From: Burkholderiales bacterium
GTDB lineage: Bacteria; Pseudomonadota; Gammaproteobacteria; Burkholderiales; JBEEJL01
Length of the DNA stretch: 59,521 bases
Direction: 5' to 3'
Assembly (NCBI GenBank): GCA_049698095.1
Contig: JBAVXA010000037.1
Coordinates: 1 to 59,521 of the forward strand
The notes beneath the pieces are model-generated. The model was not told where the DNA came from. It made no database searches and worked only from the letters and a program-made list of their open reading frames with translations. The translations under genes and the position numbers were made by a program. Positions 20,307 to 29,136 of the stretch are shown here, one piece after another. Numbering within the stretch: the stretch's first letter is position 1; every line of letters begins with the position of its first letter.

Positions 20307-21074
20307 ATGTTCGTTGATTCCCATTGCCATATCGATTTTCCCGAACTCGCTGCCGATATCGACGGGGTGTTGGGGAAAATGCGTGAAAATCAGGTAGATC
20401 AATGCTTGTGCATCAGCGTCAACCTGGAAGATTTTCCGCGTGTACTAAAGCTGGCGGAGATGCATGACAACATTTTCGCCACCGTCGGCGTCCACCCGGA
20501 TTATGAGGACATCGAAGAGCCCGACGTGGCGCGGCTGGTGCGACTGGCCGACCACCCGAAAATCATCGGCATAGGCGAAACCGGGCTGGATTATTACCGA
20601 CTCACCGGCGATCTCGAATGGCAACGCGAACGCTTTCGCACCCACATCCGTGCCGCCATCAAAACCCGCAAACCGCTGATTATTCATACGCGGTCGGCTG
20701 CCGAGGACACGCTGAGGATCATGCGCGAAGAAAACGCGGCTGACATCGGCGGGGTGATGCATTGCTTTACCGAAACTATGGATGTAGCCGAGCAAGCGAT
20801 GGCGATGAATTTCTATATCTCCATCTCCGGCATCGTCACCTTCAAGAACGCCGTGCAGATAAAAGCAGTCGCACAAAAAGTCCCGCTCGATCGACTATTA
20901 ATCGAAACCGACTCGCCTTATTTGGCGCCGGTGCCATTTCGCGGCAAGCTCAATCAGCCGGGTTACGTCAAACATGTCGCCGAGGAAATCGCCAGACTTC
21001 GCGGTGTCAGCGTAGGAGAAATTGCTTCCAGCACGACTAATAATTTTAATAAATTATTCAATATAAACAAATAG
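20307..21074 (+). CDS. TatD-family metal-dependent hydrolase (YcfH type)
   Basis: FVDSHCHIDF, GETGLDYY, HCF and ETDSPYLAP motifs. ATG 20307 is preferred over TTG 20298. Confidence 0.9.
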   Translation: MFVDSHCHIDFPELAADIDGVLGKMRENQVDQCLCISVNLEDFPRVLKLAEMHDNIFATVGVHPDYEDIEEPDVARLVRLADHPKIIGIGETGLDYYRLTGDLEWQRERFRTHIRAAIKTRKPLIIHTRSAAEDTLRIMREENAADIGGVMHCFTETMDVAEQAMAMNFYISISGIVTFKNAVQIKAVAQKVPLDRLLIETDSPYLAPVPFRGKLNQPGYVKHVAEEIARLRGVSVGEIASSTTNNFNKLFNINK

Positions 21075-21199
21075 ATATAATATAAAGTTAATGTGAGCTA
21101 AGATGTTCCGAAGTGTCGCCGCGGTTGGCTCGGCGGCATGATGAACTGACTGGGTGGTAAAACAGCGGGAGAAACGCTGTTCGGGCTCGCTTCCAATTA

Positions 21200-21706
21200 T
21201 TATTTTCGCGTGTATGTCCCGTCAAATGTCGTGGTCAAGATGCCTTTGGCGTCGGTAGATTGCCAGTGTTGGCGTACGCCACCATTTGAATTCGGCGTCC
21301 AAGTGATTTTATGCCTGGTTAGCTGCCTGTCAGTGCCGACCGTCTGACCTTCAAGCACCATGCTGCCGTCGCGCAAACCGCCTTCCAGTAACAGCAAGGT
21401 GCCAGTCGTATCTACCCAGGTTTGGTGCCAGGTTTTTCGCCCTGCATCGTAAATATTCAGGCTTTCGCCGCTGTAGCCGCGCCCGGTAGTGTAGCGTTCA
21501 TGGACGACACAGCCATCATATTCGCGCGAGATCCGGTTGACGCCGGCGAGTTTGGCGTCGGTCGTCCGCACCTCCCAATCGCCTAGCCAGAAGTCAAATT
21601 GGCGATGCTCAGGGTCGGAGCAATTTCCATCGGCCCTGACCGGCAGTGCGAACGGTGCCAGTAGAACCATTTGCGCAAACGTTATACAAAGCTTGGTGAC
21701 GTTCAT
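21200..21706 (-). CDS. Exported hypothetical protein
   Basis: Start at ATG 21706 behind an AAGGAAG RBS gives the signal peptide MNVTKLCITFAQMVLLAPFALPVRA. The mature part has a DFWLGDWEV motif seen in small beta-barrel DUF proteins. No function is assignable. Confidence 0.6.
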   Translation of the reverse strand: MNVTKLCITFAQMVLLAPFALPVRADGNCSDPEHRQFDFWLGDWEVRTTDAKLAGVNRISREYDGCVVHERYTTGRGYSGESLNIYDAGRKTWHQTWVDTTGTLLLLEGGLRDGSMVLEGQTVGTDRQLTRHKITWTPNSNGGVRQHWQSTDAKGILTTTFDGTYTRK

Positions 21707-22031
21707 GGTCTTCCTTTTTCGGTCCGGCCGACGACAAAGAAAGTATATGGCAATTCGTGCAGCGCACTGGGCGGAATGCTTGAATTTAGCGCGTACAAAG
21801 CCTTCCGGCAGGTAGAGCAATATTTCGTATAATTTATATTATGTTAAATAATAGCGATTTGCGCCTCTTCTGTTTCGCTTTGCCAAACCGGTGTCCATGT
21901 CACGTGGCGTTCTTCGCATCTTCATCTATAGTTAACAGGTAAGTTAATTGTTGGCGTTACATCAATCCCATCCGTAACGCGCGCAGTCTTTTTTTGCACG
22001 TTGTCAGCGCCCTGATGAAAGGAACATCAAA

Positions 22032-22301
22032 ATGTCGAATTTTCTATTGATCCGCCACAAAGTTCGCGATTATCCGCTATGGAAGCGCGGATACGACGCT
22101 CACAGGTCCAAACGCGCAGAAGCCGGGCTGACCGAAAAGCAGCTGCTTCGGAGCGAGAATGACGACAGCGAAGTGGTCATTCTGTTCGAGGCGAAAGACC
22201 TGGCCCGCGCCCGGTCCTTTACCGATTCCGCGGACCTGAAAGAGACAATGCGCCAATTGGGCGTGATGGATAAACCGGATATCTATTTTCTTCATAGCTG
22301 A
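22032..22301 (+). CDS. Small hypothetical protein (possibly ABM/Dabb-like fold)
   Basis: 89-aa ORF with a GAAAGGAA RBS. Coding-like composition. No diagnostic motif recognised. Confidence 0.5.
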   Translation: MSNFLLIRHKVRDYPLWKRGYDAHRSKRAEAGLTEKQLLRSENDDSEVVILFEAKDLARARSFTDSADLKETMRQLGVMDKPDIYFLHS

Positions 22302-22377
22302 CCGGCGATCTGCCCTGCATCTTCAAGCTAATGCAACGGCACAGTAGGTGCGCACCCCTGTAGAAGGAGATCTCGCA

Positions 22378-23052
22378 ATGAAACTCTATTACCACCCTGC
22401 TTCGACCACCAGTCGGCCAGTGGTTCTGTTTGCCGCGGAATCCGACATTCCGCTTGACCTGGAGGTGGTTGATCTGTTCACGGGCGAGCAATACAAGCCC
22501 CCATTTGAATCGGTAAACCCGAACCACCTGGTGCCGGTTTTGGATGACGACGGTTTCCGCATCACAGAAAGCTCTGCCATCCTGAAGTACCTGGCGGACA
22601 AAATCGGCTCGCCGTTATATCCAAAGGAGTTGCATCGGCGCGCCAGAGTTAACGAGCGCATGGACTGGATTAACACGCAACTTGCTCGCGACCTTTGCTA
22701 CGGGTTCGTTTACCCACAAATCCTGCCGAATCATAAGCGACGTAGCCCCGAGGCTCACGAGTCAACCCTGGAATGGGGCAAACAACGGGCGCAGAGCTGG
22801 ATGAAGGTATTGAACGACCACATACTGGGGGCAAATAATGCCTATTTATGTGGCAACGACATCACGATTGCTGACTATTTCGGCGCCTCCTTTGTTGCGC
22901 TGGCTGAGCTCACCGGGACTGACTTCACTACCTACCCGAACGTCAACCAATGGCTGGCCCGGATGAAGGCGCTGAAGCATTGGGATTCGGTGTATTCCGT
23001 AATTGCAGGTTTCGGAGCATCGTTGAAAGGCCAGCCACTGGTGGCGCTGTAG
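22378..23052 (+). CDS. Glutathione S-transferase family protein
   Basis: MKLYYHPASTTSRPV N-terminal thioredoxin-like domain and LVPVLDDDGFRITESSAILKYL (GSH site). Start at ATG 22378 behind GAAGGAGA. Confidence 0.9.
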   Translation: MKLYYHPASTTSRPVVLFAAESDIPLDLEVVDLFTGEQYKPPFESVNPNHLVPVLDDDGFRITESSAILKYLADKIGSPLYPKELHRRARVNERMDWINTQLARDLCYGFVYPQILPNHKRRSPEAHESTLEWGKQRAQSWMKVLNDHILGANNAYLCGNDITIADYFGASFVALAELTGTDFTTYPNVNQWLARMKALKHWDSVYSVIAGFGASLKGQPLVAL

Positions 23053-23077
23053 GCGCAGACTAGCGAAAGAAACTGAC

Positions 23078-23575
23078 ATGATCCGCCGACTGCACCATAA
23101 CGCTTACCGCTGCCGCAATTCCGAACAGACACGACGTTTCTATGAGGAGTTTCTTGGCATGCCGCTAGCCGGGGCGCTGGAAATCAACGAAACCAAGAGC
23201 GGTCGTGCGACACATGTGCTGCATACCTTCTATCGCCTCGACGACGGCTCGTATCTTGCATTTTTCGAGGCGCCCGACCTGCCATTCGACTTCAAATCGC
23301 AGCACGATTACGATCTGCACATTGCGCTGGAAGTCGACACGCCGGTATTGCAACAGATGTTGGCCAAAGGCCGTGCCGAGGGTATCGAAACGCGCGGTCC
23401 GTCCGACCATGGTTTCGTCGACTCGATTTACTTCCGCGACCCGAATGGCTACGTCATAGAATTGTGTGCCAGGCGCGCCAACCACGATTTGCAAATGAAT
23501 CCGGCAATCAATGGTGCGCGGGAAAAGCTTCAGCGCTGGGAGTCGTCCAAAGCGCTAACGACGAGCGAAAAGTAA
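23078..23575 (+). CDS. VOC (glyoxalase / bleomycin resistance / dioxygenase) family protein
   Basis: Paired beta-alpha-beta-beta-beta modules with HHNAYRC...FYEEFLGMPL and HIALEV...IYFRDPNGYVIEL. Confidence 0.85.
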   Translation: MIRRLHHNAYRCRNSEQTRRFYEEFLGMPLAGALEINETKSGRATHVLHTFYRLDDGSYLAFFEAPDLPFDFKSQHDYDLHIALEVDTPVLQQMLAKGRAEGIETRGPSDHGFVDSIYFRDPNGYVIELCARRANHDLQMNPAINGAREKLQRWESSKALTTSEK

Positions 23576-23659
23576 TAATGTGTGACGGCAGGTAACGCAC
23601 ATGAACGTAGAGGATCGCCGAAAAATGCGATCGTGCCCCTTGCCCCAGTTTGAAAAAGC

Positions 23660-24103
23660 CTAGCGGTAAATCAGCACTGGAATTTTGCTGTGCGTCAGCA
23701 CCTTGTTGGTTTCGCTGCCGAGCACCAGCGCACCCAAGCCGCGGCGGCCGTGCGAGGCCATGAAAATCAGATCGCAACCGTGCGTCTGCGCCACCTTGAT
23801 GATTTCTTCATACGGCTGCGCGCTTTCGCATAACTCTGTCGCACACTCGACGCCCGCGTTTTTCGCGCTCGCTTCGATGAAGCCGAGCAAGGCCTTTGCC
23901 CTCGCCTCTTCCAGTCGGGAAAATTCTTCAGGAGAAATTGGCTCGACCGGGATATATTCGCCATACACCATGACGGGATATTTTTCCGTGGCATAAAACC
24001 CGACGACCTTTGCCTTGATTTCGCTTGCGAACTGGATCCCCGCCTGCACGGCTTTGCGCGACAACTCCGAACCGTCGGTCGGGATAAGTATTTTCTTGAA
24101 CAT
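23660..24103 (-). CDS. Universal stress protein (UspA family)
   Basis: MFKKILIPTDGS N-terminus and the C-terminal ATP-binding G-x2-G-x9-G(S/T) motif (SHGRRGLGALVLGSETNKVLTHSKIPVLIYR). Confidence 0.9.
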   Translation of the reverse strand: MFKKILIPTDGSELSRKAVQAGIQFASEIKAKVVGFYATEKYPVMVYGEYIPVEPISPEEFSRLEEARAKALLGFIEASAKNAGVECATELCESAQPYEEIIKVAQTHGCDLIFMASHGRRGLGALVLGSETNKVLTHSKIPVLIYR

Positions 24104-24192
24104 GATGTCTCCTTTAGACTAATTATTTTTGCTCGCTGGCCGCAATGGCGGCGGCTCCTTCTAACAACATAACGAATTCGGTGCCAGCTGGT

Positions 24193-24206
24193 TTGATACA
24201 TGTCAA
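24193..24206 (-). promoter_or_regulatory. FNR/ANR-type box upstream of usp
   Basis: TTGATacatGTCAA (9/10 to TTGAT-N4-ATCAA). On the minus strand a TTATGT hexamer begins 20 nt past the box, which is class II geometry. The box is 96 nt from the usp ATG. Confidence 0.55.
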
Positions 24207-24324
24207 AATCATCTAACATTAGCCGCTACAGGTACCTGTTTTCTATTTCCGAAGAATTTCGGTTGTCGGCCGATTTCCGGATGTTATGTATAACATATTG
24301 ATTTTATTGAATTAATTAAAGACA

Positions 24325-25410
24325 ATGCAAGATCCTATGATTGAAGACCCGTCGAAACTGGCGACCTATGTCGGAATTATCCATGCTTCAATGGAAGCGA
24401 TTATCAGTGTGGATGAACGGCAGCAGATCGTGATGTTCAATCCGGCGGCGGAACAGATGTTTCGATGCAAAATTGAAAATGCCATCGGCTCGCCGCTATC
24501 GCGTTTTATTCCCGAGCGCTTTCGCGCGGTGCATGACCAGCACATGCAGCGTTTCGGGAAAACCGGTACCAGCGAACGCCGTATGGGCAAGCAGCTCGCG
24601 CTGTTCGGCCTGCGCGCCGACGGAGAAGAATTCCCGATTGAAGCGTCCATTTCGCAAATCGAGCAGAATGAAAAAAAGCTGTTTACCGTTATGCTGCGCG
24701 ACATCACGCAACGTAAACGCTATGAGCACGAACTCGAAGCCTCGCGCCACCAATTACGCGAATTGGCCGCCAGCGTTCAAGCCGCGCGCGAGGAGGAAAA
24801 AGCGCGCATCGCGCGCGAGTTGCACGACGACCTCGGGCAACAGCTCACCGCATTGAAAATGGATTTGAGTTGGTTGGCTCACAGACTGCCGCAGGACAGC
24901 CCGGATTTGGCGGAAAAAATCAGGGCCATGCAGGCGTTGACTGACACCAGTGTCGCGTCCCTCAGACGCATTGCTTCAGATTTGCGACCGACCATGCTTG
25001 ACGATCTCGGATTGGCGCCCGCCATTGAGTGGCTGGCACAGGATTTTTCCCGGCGTACCGATATCAACGTTCACTTGAACATGGTGCAGCGCGCGCAACG
25101 GTTGACCAAGAATGCAGAAACCGCCATTTACCGCATCGTCCAGGAGTCGCTCACCAACGTGATGCGTCATGCCCGCGCGACCAACGTATATATTACGACG
25201 GAGTATACTGCGAATGGCTTCCTGCTCAAGATCCGTGACGACGGGGTCGGCATCAGTCCGGCGTCGCGCCGCAAGGCAAATTCTTTTGGCCTGCTGGGCA
25301 TGAAAGAGCGGGTGCACGGGTTTGGCGGTGCCATCAGTTTTTCCGCAGTGCCCGATCGCGGCACGACGATCGAAGTCGAATTGCCGCGCAACATAATTCA
25401 AGAGGAATAG
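24325..25410 (+). CDS. Cytoplasmic PAS-domain sensor histidine kinase (HisKA_3 / NarX-DegS class)
   Basis: No TM segments. PAS domain (EAIISVDERQQIVMFNPAAEQMF...FTVMLRDITQRK). H-box ARELHDDLGQQLT. HATPase_c N and G boxes (QESLTNVMRHA, DDGVGI, GLLGMKERV). Confidence 0.9.
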   Translation: MQDPMIEDPSKLATYVGIIHASMEAIISVDERQQIVMFNPAAEQMFRCKIENAIGSPLSRFIPERFRAVHDQHMQRFGKTGTSERRMGKQLALFGLRADGEEFPIEASISQIEQNEKKLFTVMLRDITQRKRYEHELEASRHQLRELAASVQAAREEEKARIARELHDDLGQQLTALKMDLSWLAHRLPQDSPDLAEKIRAMQALTDTSVASLRRIASDLRPTMLDDLGLAPAIEWLAQDFSRRTDINVHLNMVQRAQRLTKNAETAIYRIVQESLTNVMRHARATNVYITTEYTANGFLLKIRDDGVGISPASRRKANSFGLLGMKERVHGFGGAISFSAVPDRGTTIEVELPRNIIQEE

Positions 25411-25417
25411 ACGCAGC

Positions 25418-26071
25418 ATGATAAAGGTTCTGATAGCCGACGACCACGCCATTGTGCGGCAAGGGCTGAAACAGGTGCTCGCCGAGGCCGACGACATGCA
25501 GGTTGGCGGCGAGGCCACCAATGGCCTCGAAACGCTGGAGCAAATCCGCAATCACGATTGGAGTGTCGTGGTCATGGATATGTCCATGCCTGGTCGCAGC
25601 GGTATCGAACTCATCAAACTGGCAAAGGCCGAACGACCCAAACTGCCGATATTGATTCTCACCATGCATAGCGAAGACCAGTACGCCATGCGGGCGCTGC
25701 AGGCCGGCGCATCAGGATATATGACCAAAGAAAGCGCGCCGGAACAACTGGTCAACGCGATCCGCAAGGTGGCGGCCGGTGGCGTTTATGTCAGTGCTGC
25801 CACGGCAGAAAAACTGGCACAGAATATCAGGCCGGGCAATGAGGCATTGCCGCACACGCGCTTATCCAACCGCGAGTTCGAGGTTTTTCAGATGCTCACT
25901 ACAGGAATCAGTTTGTCTGAGGCGGCGCAAAAACTGTCGCTGAGCGTGAAAACCATCAGCACTCACAAGACCCATATTCTGGCAAAACTCAATCTTGCCA
26001 ACCAGACCGAACTCGTTCGCTATGCGATCAAACATGGGTTGGCCGACGAAGCGGGCTCCCAGACACACTGA
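25418..26071 (+). CDS. NarL/FixJ-family response regulator (REC + LuxR-type HTH)
   Basis: Receiver (VLIADDH, VVVMDMSMPG, K in YMTKE) and C-terminal LSNREFEVFQMLTTGISLSEAAQKLSLSVKTISTHK. Lies 7 nt after the kinase gene. Confidence 0.95.
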   Translation: MIKVLIADDHAIVRQGLKQVLAEADDMQVGGEATNGLETLEQIRNHDWSVVVMDMSMPGRSGIELIKLAKAERPKLPILILTMHSEDQYAMRALQAGASGYMTKESAPEQLVNAIRKVAAGGVYVSAATAEKLAQNIRPGNEALPHTRLSNREFEVFQMLTTGISLSEAAQKLSLSVKTISTHKTHILAKLNLANQTELVRYAIKHGLADEAGSQTH

Positions 26072-26074
26072 TCT

Positions 26075-26533
26075 CTACTGCGTTTTCCAGCCGCCGTCGG
26101 CCTGCCGGCAAGCCGTTCCGGTAACTTTTTCTTTATTGCCGCCAATCGTCGCATCGACCGTGTATTCGCGGCACGCACCGCTGGCATTTTCGATGGTTCT
26201 GGTCGGAACCACAGTATAGCGGTTACCCGAATCCGGATTGCGCCAGCTGGATGCCACACCGGTTCGCACATTCTCCAGTGCATGCGCCGTTTTCAGACGA
26301 TCGGTATCGTCCATCGATCTGCCTACCGATCCACCAATAGAGCTACCGATCAGCGTACCGAGAATGGTGGCGGTCGTGCGGCCGGTGCCCTGCCCTATCT
26401 CTGACCCGACAACGCCGCCCAATACGCCGCCGATTACCATGCCCGTTTGCTCACGCGGCGGCGGCGACGTACATGCCGTTGGTAGCGACGCACAGAATGC
26501 GATTACTAAAGCCAATGGTGATAATTTCATCAT
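26075..26533 (-). CDS. Outer-membrane lipoprotein, glycine-zipper / 17-kDa surface-antigen-like
   Basis: Lipobox LPTAC after the signal peptide. Gly-zipper GGVLGGVVGSEIGQGTGRTTATILGTLIGSSIGGSVG. C-terminal CREY...ACRQADGGW module typical of this family. Confidence 0.8.
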   Translation of the reverse strand: MMKLSPLALVIAFCASLPTACTSPPPREQTGMVIGGVLGGVVGSEIGQGTGRTTATILGTLIGSSIGGSVGRSMDDTDRLKTAHALENVRTGVASSWRNPDSGNRYTVVPTRTIENASGACREYTVDATIGGNKEKVTGTACRQADGGWKTQ

Positions 26534-26541
26534 GCGCCTTA

Positions 26542-26549
26542 TTAATTAA
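26542..26549. repeat. Target-site duplication (left) of the IS1595-family element
   Basis: TTAATTAA immediately outside the left IR. An identical octamer lies at 27400-27407. 8-bp duplications are the norm for IS1595-family elements. Confidence 0.65.
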
Positions 26550-27399
26550 GGTAATTAGGGCGACACGTAACCAAAATAGAGTTTCAGGAACTGCTTAAAC
26601 AGGTTCTCGCCACGATGATTATAACGATACTCAATTTCCTTCAGACACATCGGGAAATAATACTTTGACACACAGCGGTAGTTATACCAAATATGTTTGG
26701 CATAGCTCCAGAAACCTTCGATGCCGTTAATGTGATTCTTGGTGCGCTTATACTCAAACGATTTACTGTGACTCACCACATGATGCTTGCCATAACGCTG
26801 CAACGATTGGTACCCGCGAAAGGCATCGGTGTAAAATACCGAGCCCTTGCGCGTGCGTTGCTCGATGTGGCGCATCAAGGTCGCGGCGCTGACATTCTCC
26901 ACCACCTTGGTATAGACCCGACCGTCCCGCTTCAAGAGGCCAAACACGATACTTTTACCCGCCGCACCACGTCCGCGCATCCCTTTGCGATGGCCACCAA
27001 AGTACGATTCATCCAATTCAATCTCAACGGCCAGCTTGCTGCCTTTGAGTTCTGCCATGTGATACAGCGCTTCGCGCAAGCGCTGGTAAATACGCGTCAC
27101 CACCTTGACGTCCACCGCCAAGTCGTTGGCCAGGCGATACGCCGGTTGTTGCTTGTAGAACCCCATCAGGATGGCGATCTCTCGGCGCAACCGCGACAGA
27201 CTCTTTTGCTTGGCGCACAATCGGCACTTGACGTACCCACGGGCGGTCTTGTTCACCTTGAACGAGCCGCAATAAAGGCACTTGCGCACCCGCAAATAGT
27301 TGGCCGCACAATTAAACACGCTCCATTTACCGGTCGTTTTGCCTATGGTAACCATACCTATCTCCTAGGATACTCTGGTTACGAAACGCCCTAATTACC
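26550..27399 (-). mobile_element. IS1595-family insertion sequence (850 bp), apparently intact
   Basis: Terminal inverted repeats GGTAATTAGGGCGACACGTAACC (26550-26572) and GGTTACGAAACGCCCTAATTACC (27377-27399) match at 20/23. There is a single transposase ORF. The element is flanked by 8-bp direct repeats TTAATTAA. Confidence 0.85.
26555..27355 (-). CDS. IS1595-family (ISXO2-like) DDE transposase
   Basis: N-terminal zinc ribbon (CLYCGS...CRLC). DDE_Tnp_IS1595-type core (IELDESYFGG..., VFYTDAFRGYQSL, INGIEGFWSYAKH). Confidence 0.9.
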   Translation of the reverse strand: MVTIGKTTGKWSVFNCAANYLRVRKCLYCGSFKVNKTARGYVKCRLCAKQKSLSRLRREIAILMGFYKQQPAYRLANDLAVDVKVVTRIYQRLREALYHMAELKGSKLAVEIELDESYFGGHRKGMRGRGAAGKSIVFGLLKRDGRVYTKVVENVSAATLMRHIEQRTRKGSVFYTDAFRGYQSLQRYGKHHVVSHSKSFEYKRTKNHINGIEGFWSYAKHIWYNYRCVSKYYFPMCLKEIEYRYNHRGENLFKQFLKLYFGYVSP

Positions 27400-27407
27400 T
27401 TAATTAA
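27400..27407. repeat. Target-site duplication (right) of the IS1595-family element
   Basis: TTAATTAA immediately outside the right IR. Confidence 0.65.
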
Positions 27408-27457
27408 TCGCAGGAAAATTCCTATGAATAAGATAATTAAGTTGAACATCGGCCCGT

Positions 27458-27471
27458 TTGATATAGATCAG
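27458..27471 (-). promoter_or_regulatory. FNR-type box (9/10), likely the former promoter element of the lipoprotein gene
   Basis: TTGATatagATCAg. On the minus strand a TATCTT hexamer begins 22 nt past the box. The IS now lies between this site and the lipoprotein gene. Confidence 0.4.
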
Positions 27472-27569
27472 ACTTCGTGCATAGAGGTTTGTCGGTTGTC
27501 TATGATCCAAGGTCAAAATAAAGGGCGGCGCAATTGAGATGACCGCCGCGCCTTGTATTTTCAATTTCC

Positions 27570-27583
27570 TTGATCCAAGTCAA
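27570..27583 (+). promoter_or_regulatory. FNR-type box upstream of the cytochrome c gene
   Basis: TTGATccaaGTCAA. A GATATT hexamer begins 21 nt downstream. The box centre is about 156 nt upstream of the ATG at 27733. Confidence 0.45.
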
Positions 27584-27732
27584 TATTTATTGGGTTCTTA
27601 GGAGGATATTTCCTTTTAATACGACGCGACCCGCAGAACGGGGGTTTTACTTGGGAATGTGGCAACGCGGCGTAGAAGAAGACATTGTTTTCAACTGATC
27701 TTTTATTACAAGCAAATGAAAAGGATTCCAAC

Positions 27733-28158
27733 ATGAAAATTTCAAAAATTGGAGCAGCTCTGATTGGCGTCGTGCTGGCTGCGATGTCTGCAATGGTTTT
27801 AGCGGCGGATAAGGTTGACCTGGGCAAGAAGGAGTTTGAAGCCAATTGCGCGGGTTGCCACGGCGTCAAAGCGAAAGGCGATGGGCCATTTAAGCCGTAC
27901 CTGAACAAGATCGCCCCGGACTTGACAGTGCTCACAAAAAACAACGGAGGAGCATTTCCGTTCGCCCGCGTCTATGAAACGATAGATGGCACGAGCGAAG
28001 CATCGGTCCATGGCACGCGCGACATGCCTATTTGGGGGACGGTGTATAAGATCAAGGCGGGCGAGTATTATGGAGATGTGGACTACGTGCCGGATTACTT
28101 TGTGCGCAGCCGGGTTCTGGCGCTGATCGATTATATAAACCGGCTGCAGGTGAAGTAA
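27733..28158 (+). CDS. Class I c-type cytochrome (monoheme), exported
   Basis: Start at ATG 27733 behind AAAGGA. Signal peptide MKISKIGAALIGVVLAAMSAMVLAA. Single heme motif CAGCHG, and a distal Met (RDMPIWG) as the likely sixth ligand. Confidence 0.85.
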   Translation: MKISKIGAALIGVVLAAMSAMVLAADKVDLGKKEFEANCAGCHGVKAKGDGPFKPYLNKIAPDLTVLTKNNGGAFPFARVYETIDGTSEASVHGTRDMPIWGTVYKIKAGEYYGDVDYVPDYFVRSRVLALIDYINRLQVK

Positions 28159-28210
28159 CACACGCCTGCGATCGCAAAAGTTTCTGAAAAGCCCGGTATT
28201 TGGGTTAATC

Positions 28211-28228
28211 GGCGCTGTGTGCAGCGCC
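28211..28228 (+). terminator. Possible terminator after the cytochrome c gene
   Basis: GGCGCTG-TGTG-CAGCGCC (7-bp stem, 4-nt loop) followed by a T-containing tract (GTTATCGGGCGTTGTTT). Confidence 0.4.
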
Positions 28229-28402
28229 GTTATCGGGCGTTGTTTCGGACGTACGCCGACCATTTTCTTTTTACATAGATCATTTCATCAGGCCGAACCG
28301 GCGTGACAGGGAATAGCGTTTGCCAGGCGCTGGTTCGATGGCCGGGTGATTTAATAAAAACTTTACTTTGATTTATAAGCTTGTTGCGCATAGGGCGACA
28401 AA

Positions 28403-28864
28403 ATGAAAAAAGAAATTCGCCGCTTCATCAATGAAATTATGGATCATCAGCCTGATCTGACGCTCGCGACATTGCGCGCGGACGGCTGGCCGCAGGCAAA
28501 TACCGTGAGCTATGCACACGACGGTCTGGTGATTTATTTTGGCACCGCGAAAGACAGCCAGAAAGTCAAGAATATCAAACATTGCGACAAGGTTTCGTTA
28601 ACGATCAATGAAGAATACGGTGGAGACTGGAACAAAATCAAAGGAATTTCGATGGCGGCCACGGCCACTATCCTGCGAGATAAGAAAAGCGTGCAATATG
28701 CCATCGATTGCATTATCAAACGTTTTCCTGTTGCCGCCGATTGGGCAAGCGTGGATGACTTGGCCAATATGGTTTATTTGAAAGTGACGCCGAGCGTGAT
28801 TTCCGTGCTGGATTATGCCCAGGGATTTGGCCACACGGAATATATAACCGTGCGAAAAGGGTAA
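28403..28864 (+). CDS. Pyridoxamine 5'-phosphate oxidase family (FMN-binding split-barrel) protein
   Basis: 153-aa ORF with LTLATLRADGWPQANTVSY...VIYFGTAKDSQKVKNI, the typical PNPOx-like split-barrel N-terminal pattern. Confidence 0.8.
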   Translation: MKKEIRRFINEIMDHQPDLTLATLRADGWPQANTVSYAHDGLVIYFGTAKDSQKVKNIKHCDKVSLTINEEYGGDWNKIKGISMAATATILRDKKSVQYAIDCIIKRFPVAADWASVDDLANMVYLKVTPSVISVLDYAQGFGHTEYITVRKG

Positions 28865-28988
28865 TCGTACTTTTTGGAATTTCCTAGCCCTAACGACCTC
28901 ACATTCCCTGTTTTCAACTGCAAACTCGATTTACGCTGGCAAACGGCAAATGTCATTACCCGCAAGCCCAACAATTGGGGCGATTAGT

Positions 28989-29002
28989 TTGATGCAGATC
29001 AA
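28989..29002 (+). promoter_or_regulatory. Perfect FNR/ANR box
   Basis: TTGATgcagATCAA (10/10). A TAcgtT hexamer lies at 29025-29030. The box centre is about 141 nt upstream of the ATG at 29137. Confidence 0.55.
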
Positions 29003-29136
29003 CGCCGGTCGGGATTCATGATGGTACGTTTTAAGCTGGCCAGAATGGATTTATTCAATGCTATCAACGAATCATCTCTCGCAAGTGTGAAGGCACCATC
29101 TGCCGGATTCCGTACTTCGAAAATCAGGAGTTCAAC

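Noticed and set aside
26693-27394. 233-aa plus-strand ORF inside the IS element
   Set aside because: It is antisense to the recognisable IS1595 transposase. It has no domain signature, and IS1595 elements encode a single transposase.
27424-27537. 37-aa ORF (MNKIIKLNIGPFDIDQTSCIEVCRLSMIQGQNKGRRN) with an AGGA 9 nt upstream, next to the IS
   Set aside because: It overlaps the FNR-type box and predicted promoter DNA. It is short, has no motif, and its conservation cannot be checked here.
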